Below are positions 1 to 10,914 of a stretch of 64,000 nucleotides of DNA, one piece after another; within the stretch, counting starts at the first letter, position 1, and each line of letters starts with the position of its first letter. The translations under genes were made by a program, and so were the position numbers. This DNA is from Devosia sp. (GTDB lineage Bacteria > Pseudomonadota > Alphaproteobacteria > Rhizobiales > Devosiaceae), in the NCBI GenBank assembly GCA_015657675.1, contig JACDQI010000107.1, positions 2,706-66,705 on the forward strand, read 5' to 3'. The notes beneath the pieces were generated by a model. That model saw only the letters and a program-made list of their open reading frames with translations. It was not told the DNA's origin and did no database searches.

Positions 1-788
1 ATGGCGCCCGGCCAGCCGATCGGTCCCAACCGCAGGAAGCCCCAGACGAAAATCGCGCCGAGCGCCGCGTGATAGCTGGGAAAGGTTATGATCCCCTCCA
101 GATTTGCGATGTCGATCAGACGCAGGCTACCGTCGCGCAGCCCGACAAAATGATCGTGATGCACATAAGCGGCCGCTGGATCGAGCCCGGGCAGATCGGC
201 GGGCGTGAGGCCGAGGTGGACGAAATTGCTGACCGCAGGCGTCAGACCCGACGTCAGCACCGCGACGATCCCCGACAGGATCGAAGCACAGATGATGACC
301 CGCATCGTCCGCGGCCTGCCGGCGATGGCCAGCGCCATGACGAGGATAAGCAATTGCGGGATCAAGCTGACATAGGCCCAGCGGCAGAGTTGCGCGATCG
401 CGGGATGATCGTTGATCCAGCGCACATAGGACAGCCAGTCGAGGCCGAGCGCGCGGTCCCAGCCCTGAAGACGCGCATCCCACAGCGCGCCGCCCTGTGC
501 CGCGACCATGTAGCTGAGGATCGCGCCGCCTATCGAAAAAAGGATGATCTGCGTCATGCCGCTCAAGATCGCGGCGAAGGCCGGACGCGGCCGCAATCGG
601 GTGTAAAAGCGGCTTCCCACCCATAGCAGCCCGATCATGGCCCCGGATTTCACGGCCCCGTCCGCAGAAAATGCAAATGGCTCGGTCAGTTGGAAGCCCA
701 CCAGGAACGCGCCGCAAATCGCAATCAGCAGCCAGGAGGCATCGTCGAAGCCCGGCGATTCCGCTTCTCTCGATTGCTGCCCCCTCAT
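1..788 (-). CDS. PAP2-superfamily membrane phosphatase (PAP2_3 type), runs off the window edge
   Basis: Own translation from ATG 788 (not in the ORF track): MRGQQS...WDARLQGWDRALGLDW...LEGIITFPSYHAALG. Hydrophobic helices and an FPSxH motif. Confidence 0.85.
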   Translation of the reverse strand, partial: MRGQQSREAESPGFDDASWLLIAICGAFLVGFQLTEPFAFSADGAVKSGAMIGLLWVGSRFYTRLRPRPAFAAILSGMTQIILFSIGGAILSYMVAAQGGALWDARLQGWDRALGLDWLSYVRWINDHPAIAQLCRWAYVSLIPQLLILVMALAIAGRPRTMRVIICASILSGIVAVLTSGLTPAVSNFVHLGLTPADLPGLDPAAAYVHHDHFVGLRDGSLRLIDIANLEGIITFPSYHAALGAIFVWGFLRLGPIGWPGA

Positions 789-814
789 GCCGCGAGCGAA
801 TAGCCCACAGCGCA

Positions 815-829
815 TAAGATTAGATTAAC
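815..829. promoter_or_regulatory. CtrA-like box upstream of the PAP2 gene
   Basis: TAA-GATTAGA-TTAAC (TAA-N7-TTAAC), 27 nt upstream of the start. Confidence 0.45.
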
Positions 830-859
830 GGGCGGGATCGGGCGCGGTTCGAGACCGCG

Positions 860-1318
860 TCAGTCGCCCCAGATATGGTCGGTCTGAATCCAGCCCTTGC
901 GGCCCTTCACATCGAACAGGCACCAGCCGTCGGCACAGTCGGTGATCCGCCCGACGACGCCGGGCTCGGCGCGATAGCTGATTGCCCCCGACAGCTTCGG
1001 TTCGGCGCGCAGCGGGCGGATGTCATCGGTGACGATGGCCGTGCGCGTCCGGCTGAGCAACCGCGCCGCCATCCAGCCCTGGGTGCCGTCGGGGTCCTCG
1101 ATCTTACGCCAGGTTTCGAAGCGCGCGACGACCTTTACCGGCAGATCCTTGCGCCGATATTCCCAGATCACCGGCACGTCGGGCGACGGCCCTTTGCGCA
1201 TCCGCGCCTCGTCGACGTTGATCGACGCCCAATAGGGCAGTTCGACGTCCGATTGCGCCGCGGCGGGTCCCGTGGCGGCGATCAGGGCAATTAGGGCGAT
1301 GATGCGGTGGCTGGTCAT
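860..1318 (-). CDS. Exported SH3-domain (SH3_4) protein
   Basis: Signal peptide, then two bacterial SH3 repeats (RMRKGPS...WRKIEDPDGTQGWM; DGWC...KGWI). Confidence 0.9.
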   Translation of the reverse strand: MTSHRIIALIALIAATGPAAAQSDVELPYWASINVDEARMRKGPSPDVPVIWEYRRKDLPVKVVARFETWRKIEDPDGTQGWMAARLLSRTRTAIVTDDIRPLRAEPKLSGAISYRAEPGVVGRITDCADGWCLFDVKGRKGWIQTDHIWGD

Positions 1319-1443
1319 GCGTCGGCCTTGTCAAACTCGTGCCCGCATTTCAACCGTTCACCGCGCAAAAGGCTGCACTCGTCCACAAGCTTTGATGGGC
1401 GCCGCCTCTTGACCCTCAGGCACGAGCGCGCTCTATCGGCGCC

Positions 1444-2442
1444 ATGCCCGATTCATCCCGTCCCAAACGCCCGCGCGTCATCGTCACCCGCCAGTTGATG
1501 CCGCATGTCGAAGCGCGCATGGCCGAATTGTTCGACGTCGCGCTGTCGGCGCACGACCATGCCTATACCACCGACGAGTTGAAGGCGGCGGTTGCGGACT
1601 GCGACGTGTTCGTGCCGACGGTGACCGACGCGATCGATGCCGAGGTGATCGCCGCCGCCGGCGAACGGTTGAAGCTGATCGCCAATTTCGGCGCCGGGGT
1701 CGACCATATCGACCTCGCAGCGGCGCGCGCGAAGGGAATCATGGTATCGAACACCCCCGGCGTCTTTACCGAGGACACCGCCGACATGACGATGGCGCTG
1801 ATCCTCAGCGTCCCGCGGCGGCTGGCCGAGGGGGAGAAGCTGATGCGGTCGGGCCAGTGGCAAGGCTGGGCGCCGAGCGCGATGCTTGGCCACCGTGTCG
1901 GCGGCAAGGCGCTGGGTATCATCGGCATGGGGCGGATTGGGCTGGCGGTCGCGCGCCGCGCGCGGGCGTTCGGCCTGTCGATCCATTATCACAACCGCCG
2001 CCGCCTGCCCGCAGCGATCGAGGAAGAGCTGGGCGCAAGCTATCATGCCAGCGTCGATACGCTGCTGCGCATCAGCGACGTGGTCACGATCCACTGCCCG
2101 CACACCGCCGAGACGCACGAAATGGTGAATGCGGCGCGCATCGGGTCGATGAAGCCGACCGCCTATCTGATCAACACCGCGCGCGGCGAGATCGTCGACG
2201 AAAAGGCGCTGATCGCGGCGCTCAAGACCGGCCGCATCGCAGGCGCGGGGCTCGACGTCTATACGCACGAGCCCGCGGTAGACCCGGAATTGCTCGCGCT
2301 CGACAATGTCGTGCTGCTGCCGCACCTCGGCTCGGCAACGATCGAGGGGCGCGAAGCGTCGGGCGAAAAGGTCATCGCCAACATCCGCGCCTGGTGCGAC
2401 GGCCACCGCCCGCCCGATCAGGTGCTCGAGGGGTGGGCTTAG
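1444..2442 (+). CDS. D-2-hydroxyacid dehydrogenase (glyoxylate/glycerate reductase family)
   Basis: ANFGAGVDHID, GIIGMGRIG Rossmann motif, INTARG, LPHLGSAT. Confidence 0.93.
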   Translation: MPDSSRPKRPRVIVTRQLMPHVEARMAELFDVALSAHDHAYTTDELKAAVADCDVFVPTVTDAIDAEVIAAAGERLKLIANFGAGVDHIDLAAARAKGIMVSNTPGVFTEDTADMTMALILSVPRRLAEGEKLMRSGQWQGWAPSAMLGHRVGGKALGIIGMGRIGLAVARRARAFGLSIHYHNRRRLPAAIEEELGASYHASVDTLLRISDVVTIHCPHTAETHEMVNAARIGSMKPTAYLINTARGEIVDEKALIAALKTGRIAGAGLDVYTHEPAVDPELLALDNVVLLPHLGSATIEGREASGEKVIANIRAWCDGHRPPDQVLEGWA

Positions 2443-2852
2443 GAGAGCAGCGCAGCGGCGGCGAACACGACCATCGCGATCACCCACCAGACGAGGAAAG
2501 AATAGAAGATCGCCCAAAGGGCCTCTTTCCCCTTCTGTCGTTGCCCCATCACAAAGAAGAAGATCGCAATCGTCAGCGTAACGACCATGATGGGGCCGAA
2601 GAGAATAAAGGCGATCCATGCGCCGTTGGTCAGCGGCTCGGCCGCCCGGCCATCACGGGCAGCCTGCCGCTCGCCAACCGACGTTTCGAGATGCGAAACG
2701 GCTTCTGCGGAAAGTTTGCGACGGCCGAGTTCGGCAGTCGCCGCCTCTATGACATGTGGCTCGAAGCCGCCTGCATCACCCGACGAAACAATCTCGACAA
2801 GATCCTCGTCAGGCAAGCTCGCAGCACGACTTGCCCAATTTGTGTTTATCAT
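2439..2852 (-). CDS. Small hypothetical membrane protein
   Basis: ORF with an AGGGGG RBS and two C-terminal hydrophobic segments, directly downstream of the oxidoreductase. Confidence 0.7.
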   Translation of the reverse strand: MINTNWASRAASLPDEDLVEIVSSGDAGGFEPHVIEAATAELGRRKLSAEAVSHLETSVGERQAARDGRAAEPLTNGAWIAFILFGPIMVVTLTIAIFFFVMGQRQKGKEALWAIFYSFLVWWVIAMVVFAAAALLS

Positions 2853-2867
2853 TACCCCCTTTGCCAA

Positions 2868-4271
2868 TCAGTCCCCCGTCAGAATCCGATCCACCAGCTG
2901 CTTCACCGTCGGGGTGAAGTTGTTCGAATAAAAGGGGTCGGTCTTGAAGTTGAACGCGGCGTGGCCCGCGAACATCAGATTCTGTTCGACGTCGCCGCCG
3001 TGGGCGATGTCCTGCAGCGTCTTCTGGATGCAGAAGCTGCGCGGGTCGGCGAGGTAGCCGGTCGAATAATCGTCATGATCCTTCCACGCCGAGAAACCGC
3101 AGTGCGACAGGCAGCCCATGCAGTCGGCCTGATCCTTACGGATCACGCTCTTGTCGGTGTCGGTGACGAAGACGACGGTGTTGTCGGGGGTCTTGAGCGC
3201 TTCGGTATAGCCTTCGGCGACCCAGTCGCGCGCGCGGTCGCGGTCGTGCGGGGTGACCCAGAAATTCTTGCCCTTCACCCCGACGTCGAGCTGGACGACA
3301 TGATCGCCCGCTTCCTGCTTCGAATAGGGAATCTGGCGCTCCGAGCGTGCTTCGAGGTCGCGCAGGAACGGGTTGCGGACGGCGCTGGAATAAAAGCCGG
3401 TCGGCGAGAAGCGATGGAGCAGCACGTCACCTTCGTCGAGGGTACGCAGGCGGTCCTTCCATTCCTGCGGGATCGGGCTTTCCTCGGTCAGCAGCGGACG
3501 CGTGCCGTACTGGAAGGCGATCTGGCCCAGTTCGGGATTGCCGATCCAATGTTCCCAGTCGCGCAGATACCAGACGCCGCCGGCCATCACGATCGGGACA
3601 TCGTCCGAAATCCCCTCGGCGCGCATCACGTCGCGCAGCGCCTTGACGCGCGGATAGGGATCCTCGGGCTTCAGCGGATCTTCGGCGTTCGACAGACCAT
3701 TATGGCCGCCGGCGAGCCAGGGGTCCTCATAGACCACCGCGCCCATCAGCTCGGCGACCTTGTGATAGGCGCGCTTCCACAGCGCGCGGAAGGCGCGGCC
3801 CGACGAGATGATCGGGAGATATTGGACATCGTGCCGCGCCGCGATCTCGCTGAGCTTGTACGGCATGCCCGCGCCGCACGTGACGCCGGTGACGAGGCCC
3901 TTCGTCTTTTCGAGCACGCCTTCGAGCACCTGCTGCGCGCCGCCCATTTCCCAAAGGACGTTGATGTTGATCGCACCCTTGCCGCTTGCGATGTCGTAGG
4001 CGCGCCTGACCTGCTCGACCGCGCCGTCGATCGCGTACTGGATCAACTCCTCGTGACGTTCCTTGCGCGTCAGCGCACGATAGATTTGCGGAATGATCTT
4101 GCCATCGGCGTCGTAGCTGTCGGCGTTGACCGCCGACACGGTGCCGATCCCGCCCGCCGCAGCCCAGGCGCCGCTCGACATGTGGTTGGTCGCCGACACG
4201 CCTTTGCCGCCTTCGACCAACGGCCAGACTTCGCGCCCGCCATAAAGGATGGGCTTCAAACCTTTGAACAC
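2868..4271 (-). CDS. Nitronate monooxygenase family flavin oxidoreductase
   Basis: EGGKG, GGIGTVS, CGAGMP, AGGHNG, MAGGVW, GTR motifs; CMGCLSHC cysteine cluster. Confidence 0.9.
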   Translation of the reverse strand: MFKGLKPILYGGREVWPLVEGGKGVSATNHMSSGAWAAAGGIGTVSAVNADSYDADGKIIPQIYRALTRKERHEELIQYAIDGAVEQVRRAYDIASGKGAININVLWEMGGAQQVLEGVLEKTKGLVTGVTCGAGMPYKLSEIAARHDVQYLPIISSGRAFRALWKRAYHKVAELMGAVVYEDPWLAGGHNGLSNAEDPLKPEDPYPRVKALRDVMRAEGISDDVPIVMAGGVWYLRDWEHWIGNPELGQIAFQYGTRPLLTEESPIPQEWKDRLRTLDEGDVLLHRFSPTGFYSSAVRNPFLRDLEARSERQIPYSKQEAGDHVVQLDVGVKGKNFWVTPHDRDRARDWVAEGYTEALKTPDNTVVFVTDTDKSVIRKDQADCMGCLSHCGFSAWKDHDDYSTGYLADPRSFCIQKTLQDIAHGGDVEQNLMFAGHAAFNFKTDPFYSNNFTPTVKQLVDRILTGD

Positions 4272-4355
4272 TCTAAACCTTCTCTCTCTCCGCCTGTCCG
4301 CATGGGCAGACCGGCCCCCATTGCCGCTTGCGTAAGCGGAAATTCGGCCCTTTTG

Positions 4356-5532
4356 TCAATCGAAGCCGACCCATTTGCCGCTGAACAGCCCATAGCCTTC
4401 CAGCGCGCGAGCATAGAGCGTTTCATAAGCGCCGACCATCGTTGTTTCGGCGAACCGTTCCGCTGCGACGCGCCGGTTCGCCGCGCCGACCTCGGCCCGC
4501 AACGCTGAATTCCCGGCCATTTTGGTCAGCGCCGCGCGAAAGCCAGCTTCATCCGCGGCGACGAACGGCCTGTTCGCGTCCGACACCATCGCGGCGACAT
4601 CGCCGACATCGGGCTGACGACGGCAGCCCGGCCGCCATCGCCTCGATCACCGCGATCGGCGCCTGCTCGCTGAGCGATGACAGCGCGAGCAGGTCGAAAT
4701 GGCCGATCCACTTCGCGGGCTCGGCCATGAAGCCCGGCAAGACGAGGCGCTCGATCATGCTGCAAGCGGTGGCTTCGGCGGCGATTGCGCCGCGTTCCGG
4801 TCCCTCGCCCACGATGACCAGCCGGACGCCCGGCGGCAGCGCCGCGACGGCGCGGACGAGCCGCGGCAAATCCTTGACCTTGCGCAGACCGGCGACGGTC
4901 CCGATCACGACCTCGCCCTCGCGCCGCTCGAAGCCCGGGATCGGCACCGACGGCCCCTTGGCATAAGCGGCGACGTCGATGCCGTTGCGGATCAGATGGG
5001 TGCGATCCCCCGCTCGCCATTCCTCGGCGGCGATCCGCTGGAGCAAGGTCGACGGAACCACCACGGCCTGCGCCGTGCGCAATGCCGCACGGCGGAAGAG
5101 ATTGCGTTTCCAGTTGCGTTTGACGCTTTCGTCCTCGTTGAAGCCGTCCTCGTGATGGATCAATTCGGGCATGCTGTGCCACCAGCGCGACACATAGACG
5201 CGGCGCGCCATGACCCCGTCCATCCCGCCCCAATTATAGCTGAGCAGCAGATCGAATCCCGTCATATAGCGAGCGAGATCCCGGTAGCGCCGCAACGAGG
5301 GCTTGCCATGCAGCGGCGGCGCATCCCTTGGAAAATCGACGGCGATTCCAGGGTCGATCGCCTCGCGCGCGCCCAGCGCATCGGGCATGGCGGACAGGAT
5401 CGTGTGATGCGCGCGGTCCCCCATCAGGTTCATCAGCCTGACGGCGCGCGCCTCCTTGCCGCCGAGCGAAAAGCTCGAATGGAGGTGCAGGATGCGGATC
5501 GGCCAGGGCGCTTCGGGGTCGTCCGCGCTCAC
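4356..5532 (-). CDS. Glycosyltransferase family 4 (frameshifted near 4610-4625)
   Basis: GTG 5532 overlaps the upstream stop; motifs GGKE, RNGID, SLSEQAPIAVIEAMAAGLP. The C-terminus (DVGDVAAMV...ERF) continues in another frame. Confidence 0.88.
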
Positions 5533-6425
5533 GCCGCCGGAAGCTCCGCCACCCAGCCGTCGATCGCCGCGCGCGCCTCGGGCTCGTCCATCGTCGGCGC
5601 ATGCCCGACGCCGGGCACTTCGGCGAGCGCCACGTTGGGCAGCGCCTGCGCCATCTTCCGCGCCGCCGAATCGGCAAGAATATCCGAGAGCGCCCCGCGC
5701 AGGATCAGCACCGGCGCATCGCCGAGCGCGCGATAGGCCGGCCACAGGTCGACCCCGCCGTCGCTGCCGCCGGGCGTGCGCAGCGGCGCTGCGATCTGCT
5801 TGTCGTAATCGGTGACGATACGCCCCTCGGGCGTCAGGCGGTGGGTGCGCTTGGTGAGGCGCAGCCAGTCGTGGATTTCATAGCCCGGATAGACGGCAGC
5901 GTTGAGGTCGCCGAAAGCGCGCGCCGCGTGCATCCATGTCGGCTGACTGCCCCCTGCACCGATATAGTCGCGGATGCGTTCGAGCCCCGCGGCCTGCAGT
6001 TCGGGCCCGACATCGTTGAGAACCGCACCGACGACGCGGCCCGGCTGCGTCGCCGCGAGCAGCATCGCGACCAGCCCGCCGAGCGAGGTCCCGATCGCCG
6101 CGAAACGCGTGATCCCTAAATCGTCGAGCATCGCGACGACGTCCTGGACATAGGTCAGCGGAACATAGGTCATCGGATCCTTGGCATAGGCGCTCTCGCC
6201 CCGGCCGCGGAATTCGATCACGATCACTTGGCGCCGCTGCGCGACATAGGGCGCGAGATCCTCGAAATCGCGGGCATTGCGCGCGAGGCCGGGCATGCAC
6301 AAAATCGGCGGCGCACCGACCGACCCGGGCGGCCCCGCATAGATGCGCGCATGCAACCGCACGCCGTCGCCCGACCACCAATAATGATCGGCCCAGTCGC
6401 GGCGGTGGTCCTGTCGTGCCGAAAT
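5529..6425 (-). CDS. Alpha/beta fold hydrolase
   Basis: GTSLGG nucleophile elbow, GVGHAP His motif. The frame stays open upstream of GTG 6362 (WADHYWWSGDG) to an ATT at 6425, so the start is uncertain. Confidence 0.88.
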   Translation of the reverse strand: MSARQDHRRDWADHYWWSGDGVRLHARIYAGPPGSVGAPPILCMPGLARNARDFEDLAPYVAQRRQVIVIEFRGRGESAYAKDPMTYVPLTYVQDVVAMLDDLGITRFAAIGTSLGGLVAMLLAATQPGRVVGAVLNDVGPELQAAGLERIRDYIGAGGSQPTWMHAARAFGDLNAAVYPGYEIHDWLRLTKRTHRLTPEGRIVTDYDKQIAAPLRTPGGSDGGVDLWPAYRALGDAPVLILRGALSDILADSAARKMAQALPNVALAEVPGVGHAPTMDEPEARAAIDGWVAELPAA

Positions 6426-6556
6426 GATCGGGGCCCCTTCCCTGGAAACGTCCGTCCGCGTCTATCGCGAACCATTGCGCGCGGCGCAAGCCGTCCGTCG
6501 CATCGCCGCCGGACAGGTTGCCGCCACCTGCTTTCGCCGATAAGAGGCGGATGACG

Positions 6557-8001
<1,445 letters not shown>

Positions 8002-8009
8002 CGAACGCT

Positions 8010-8082
8010 CGTCACCCCGGACTTGATCCGGGGTCCATGACTTCCCTGCGGAAATGGACCCCGGATCAAGTCCGGCGTGACG
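8010..8082. repeat. REP/RIME-like palindromic element
   Basis: Inverted arms cgtcaccccggacttgatccggggtccat / atggaccccggatcaagtccggcgtgacg, each an internal hairpin. Confidence 0.85.
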
Positions 8083-8163
8083 AAGCTTTGAGGCAATTTT
8101 ACCTACACCCCCGTCAACAAACCCTGCTTTGCGATTCCGGCCGCCCAGGATCATCTACGCTGC

Positions 8164-8961
8164 ATGGAAAAGCCTCTCATTTCTGCAGGCAAGCTTTGGC
8201 TCGTCGGTGCCGGTCCGGGCGATCCCGACCTGTTGACCCTGCGCGCGGCGCGCTTGCTCGAAAGCGCCGATCTTGTCGTTCATGACGGACTGGTCGGCGA
8301 AGATCTGCTCGCGCTGATTCCTCCGCATGTCGAACGCGTCAGCGTCGCCAAGCAACGCAGCCGCCACACGATGAAGCAGGAACTGATCAACGAACTGCTG
8401 GTGCGCGAAACGCTCGCGGGCAAGCACGTCGTCCGGTTGAAGGGTGGCGACCCGTTCATCTTCGGCCGCGGCGGCGAGGAACTCGACGCAGCGCGCGAAG
8501 CGGGCGTTGCGTGCGAGGTCGTGCCCGGCATCACTGCCGCAGCAGGCTGCGCCGCGCAGGCGGGGCTTCCCCTCACGCATCGTGATGATGCGAGCGCGGT
8601 GAGTTTCGTCGCGGGCCAGTGCAAGGATTTGACCGATCAGGACTGGTCGGGCCTTGCGGGACATGGCCGCACGCTGGTCATCTACATGGGTCTCGCGACC
8701 GCCAGCGCCATCTCCGACAAGCTGATCGCCGACGGGGTTTCGCCGGGCCTCCCGGTCGCGGTGGTCGAACGCGGCACGACCAGAGACGCGCGCGTTCTCC
8801 GCACGCTTCTGACCGATCTCGGCGACCTCGTCGCGCGCGAAAAGGTCGCCAGCCCGGCGCTGATCATCGTCGGCAAGGTTGCGGCGCGCGCAGACGCGCT
8901 CGATTGCCTCGGCGCACCGGGTGTCGCTCAAAACCAAGAAAATATTGGGGACTTCACATGA
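8164..8961 (+). CDS. cobA: Uroporphyrinogen-III C-methyltransferase (CobA/CysG-A)
   Basis: LVGAGPGDPDLLT, RLKGGDPFIFGRGGEE, VVPGITA. Confidence 0.95.
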   Translation: MEKPLISAGKLWLVGAGPGDPDLLTLRAARLLESADLVVHDGLVGEDLLALIPPHVERVSVAKQRSRHTMKQELINELLVRETLAGKHVVRLKGGDPFIFGRGGEELDAAREAGVACEVVPGITAAAGCAAQAGLPLTHRDDASAVSFVAGQCKDLTDQDWSGLAGHGRTLVIYMGLATASAISDKLIADGVSPGLPVAVVERGTTRDARVLRTLLTDLGDLVAREKVASPALIIVGKVAARADALDCLGAPGVAQNQENIGDFT

Positions 8962-9254
8962 AATTGCTCACGGGCAACGACCTGAAAACGGGATTTGTCA
9001 CCTGGTGGACCGGTGCCGACTGGTCGCTGCACATCGAGGACGCCGCCGATGTCGGCGAGGGTGGCGAAGCGATCGCGGCGGCCGAGGAAGGCGCGCGCCG
9101 CGTCAATGCGCCTTACATCATCGCGGGCGAGGCGACGACCGACGGGCCGCGCCCCGCGCATATCAAGGACCGCATCCGCGCGCTCGGCCCGACCGTGCGC
9201 CCGGACCTGACGCTGAAACCCGCCGATCCCAACGCCGGCGACTGGGTGATCTGA
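8958..9254 (+). CDS. DUF2849 family protein
   Basis: MKLLTGNDL...IRALGPTVRPD; ATGA overlap with cobA; canonical position before cysI. Confidence 0.88.
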   Translation: MKLLTGNDLKTGFVTWWTGADWSLHIEDAADVGEGGEAIAAAEEGARRVNAPYIIAGEATTDGPRPAHIKDRIRALGPTVRPDLTLKPADPNAGDWVI

Positions 9255-9255
9255 C

Positions 9256-10914
9256 ATGTATAAATATGACGAATATGACCAGCAGATGGTCGATGCCCGC
9301 GTCGCCGAATTTTCGGATCAGGTGCGCCGCCGCCTTGCCGGTGAGATCACCGAGGACCAGTTCAAGCCGCTGCGCCTGATGAACGGCCTGTATCTGCAGC
9401 TGCACGCCTATATGCTGCGTGTTGCCGTGCCCTACGGCACGATGTCCTCCAAGCAGTTGCGCATGCTGGGCCATATCGCCCGCACCTATGACCGCAACTA
9501 CGGGCACTTCACCACCCGGCAGAACATCCAGTTCAACTGGCCCAAGCTGCGCGACATTCCGAAGATCCTCGAACTGCTCGCTTCGGTCGAGATGCATGCC
9601 ATCCAGACCTCGGGCAACTGCATCCGCAATATCACCACCGACCAGTTCGCCGGTGCTGCGGCGGACGAAATCCTCGATCCCCGGCCGGTAGCCGAGATCC
9701 TGCGCCAGTGGTCGAGCCTCCATCCGGAATTCCTCTACCTGCCGCGCAAGTTCAAGATCGCCATGTCGGGCGCCACGCATGACCGTGCGGCGATCCGTTT
9801 CCACGACATTGGCCTGCAGGCGACCACCAATGCCGAAGGCGAAATCGGCTGGGAAGTCTGGGTCGGCGGTGGCCTCGGCCGTACGCCGATCATCGGCAAG
9901 CTGATCAATCCGCACGTGCCGCACGAGCACCTGCTCGCCTATCTCGAGAGCATTCTGCGCGTCTACAACCGCTACGGCCGGCGCGACAACAAGTATAAGG
10001 CGCGCATCAAGATTCTGGTGCACGAAGAGGGCATCGACAACATCCGGGCTCAGGTCGAGGAAGAGTTTTCGCACGTCAAAGGCGGAGTGCTGACTTTGCC
10101 GCAAGACGAGCTCGACCGGATCGGCGCCTATTTCGCGGCCCCGGCCTTCGAGCGCCTCAACTCGAGCGCCATTGACGTGGCCCGCGAAAAGATCATCAAC
10201 CCGTCCTATGGCCGCTGGCTCGACAACAACCTCAACGCTCACCAGCGTCCGGGTTACGTGTCTGTCACCGTCTCGCTGAAGCCCATCGGTGGTGCGCCGG
10301 GCGATGCGACCTCCGAGCAGATGGAAGCGATTGCCGACCTCGCCGAGCGCTATTCGTTCGACGAGCTGCGCGTGAGCCATGAGCAGAACCTGGTGCTGCC
10401 GCACGTCAAGATTGCCGACCTGCCGGCGATCTACGAAAAGCTGGTCGAAATCGGCTTTGCCGAAGGCAATGCGGGCCTGATCACCGACATGATCGCTTGC
10501 CCGGGGCTCGATTTCTGCGCCCTGGCCAATGCCCGTTCGATCCCGATCGCCCAGGAACTGAGCCGCAAATTCGCGGCGCCGGAGCGGCAGAAGCAGATCG
10601 GTGATCTCAAGATCAAGATTTCGGGCTGCATCAATGCCTGTGGCCACCACCATGTGGGCCACATCGGCATCCTTGGCGTCGAAAAGAAGGGCACCGAGCT
10701 CTACCAGATCACCGTTGGCGGCGATGCCACCGAGCAGGCGTCGATCGGCGACATCCTGGGCCACGGCTTTGTCGCCGAGGACGTGCCTGATGCCATCGAG
10801 CGGCTGGTCGACACCTATATCGCCCGGCGCGAGAGCGAAGCGGAGCCCTTCATTGCGGCCTTCCGCCGGCTCGGCAAGGAGCCGTTCAAGGAGGCGCTCT
10901 ATGGCAACGGTTAG
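9256..10914 (+). CDS. cysI: Ferredoxin-type sulfite/nitrite reductase hemoprotein
   Basis: GLYLQLHAYMLRV, TTRQN, LPRKFKI, CPGLDFC and SGCINACGHH siroheme/4Fe-4S motifs. Confidence 0.95.
   Translation: MYKYDEYDQQMVDARVAEFSDQVRRRLAGEITEDQFKPLRLMNGLYLQLHAYMLRVAVPYGTMSSKQLRMLGHIARTYDRNYGHFTTRQNIQFNWPKLRDIPKILELLASVEMHAIQTSGNCIRNITTDQFAGAAADEILDPRPVAEILRQWSSLHPEFLYLPRKFKIAMSGATHDRAAIRFHDIGLQATTNAEGEIGWEVWVGGGLGRTPIIGKLINPHVPHEHLLAYLESILRVYNRYGRRDNKYKARIKILVHEEGIDNIRAQVEEEFSHVKGGVLTLPQDELDRIGAYFAAPAFERLNSSAIDVAREKIINPSYGRWLDNNLNAHQRPGYVSVTVSLKPIGGAPGDATSEQMEAIADLAERYSFDELRVSHEQNLVLPHVKIADLPAIYEKLVEIGFAEGNAGLITDMIACPGLDFCALANARSIPIAQELSRKFAAPERQKQIGDLKIKISGCINACGHHHVGHIGILGVEKKGTELYQITVGGDATEQASIGDILGHGFVAEDVPDAIERLVDTYIARRESEAEPFIAAFRRLGKEPFKEALYGNG

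Noticed and set aside
1857-4508. 883-aa plus-strand ORF
   Set aside because: Out-of-frame and antisense shadow of well-supported genes; typical of high-GC DNA.
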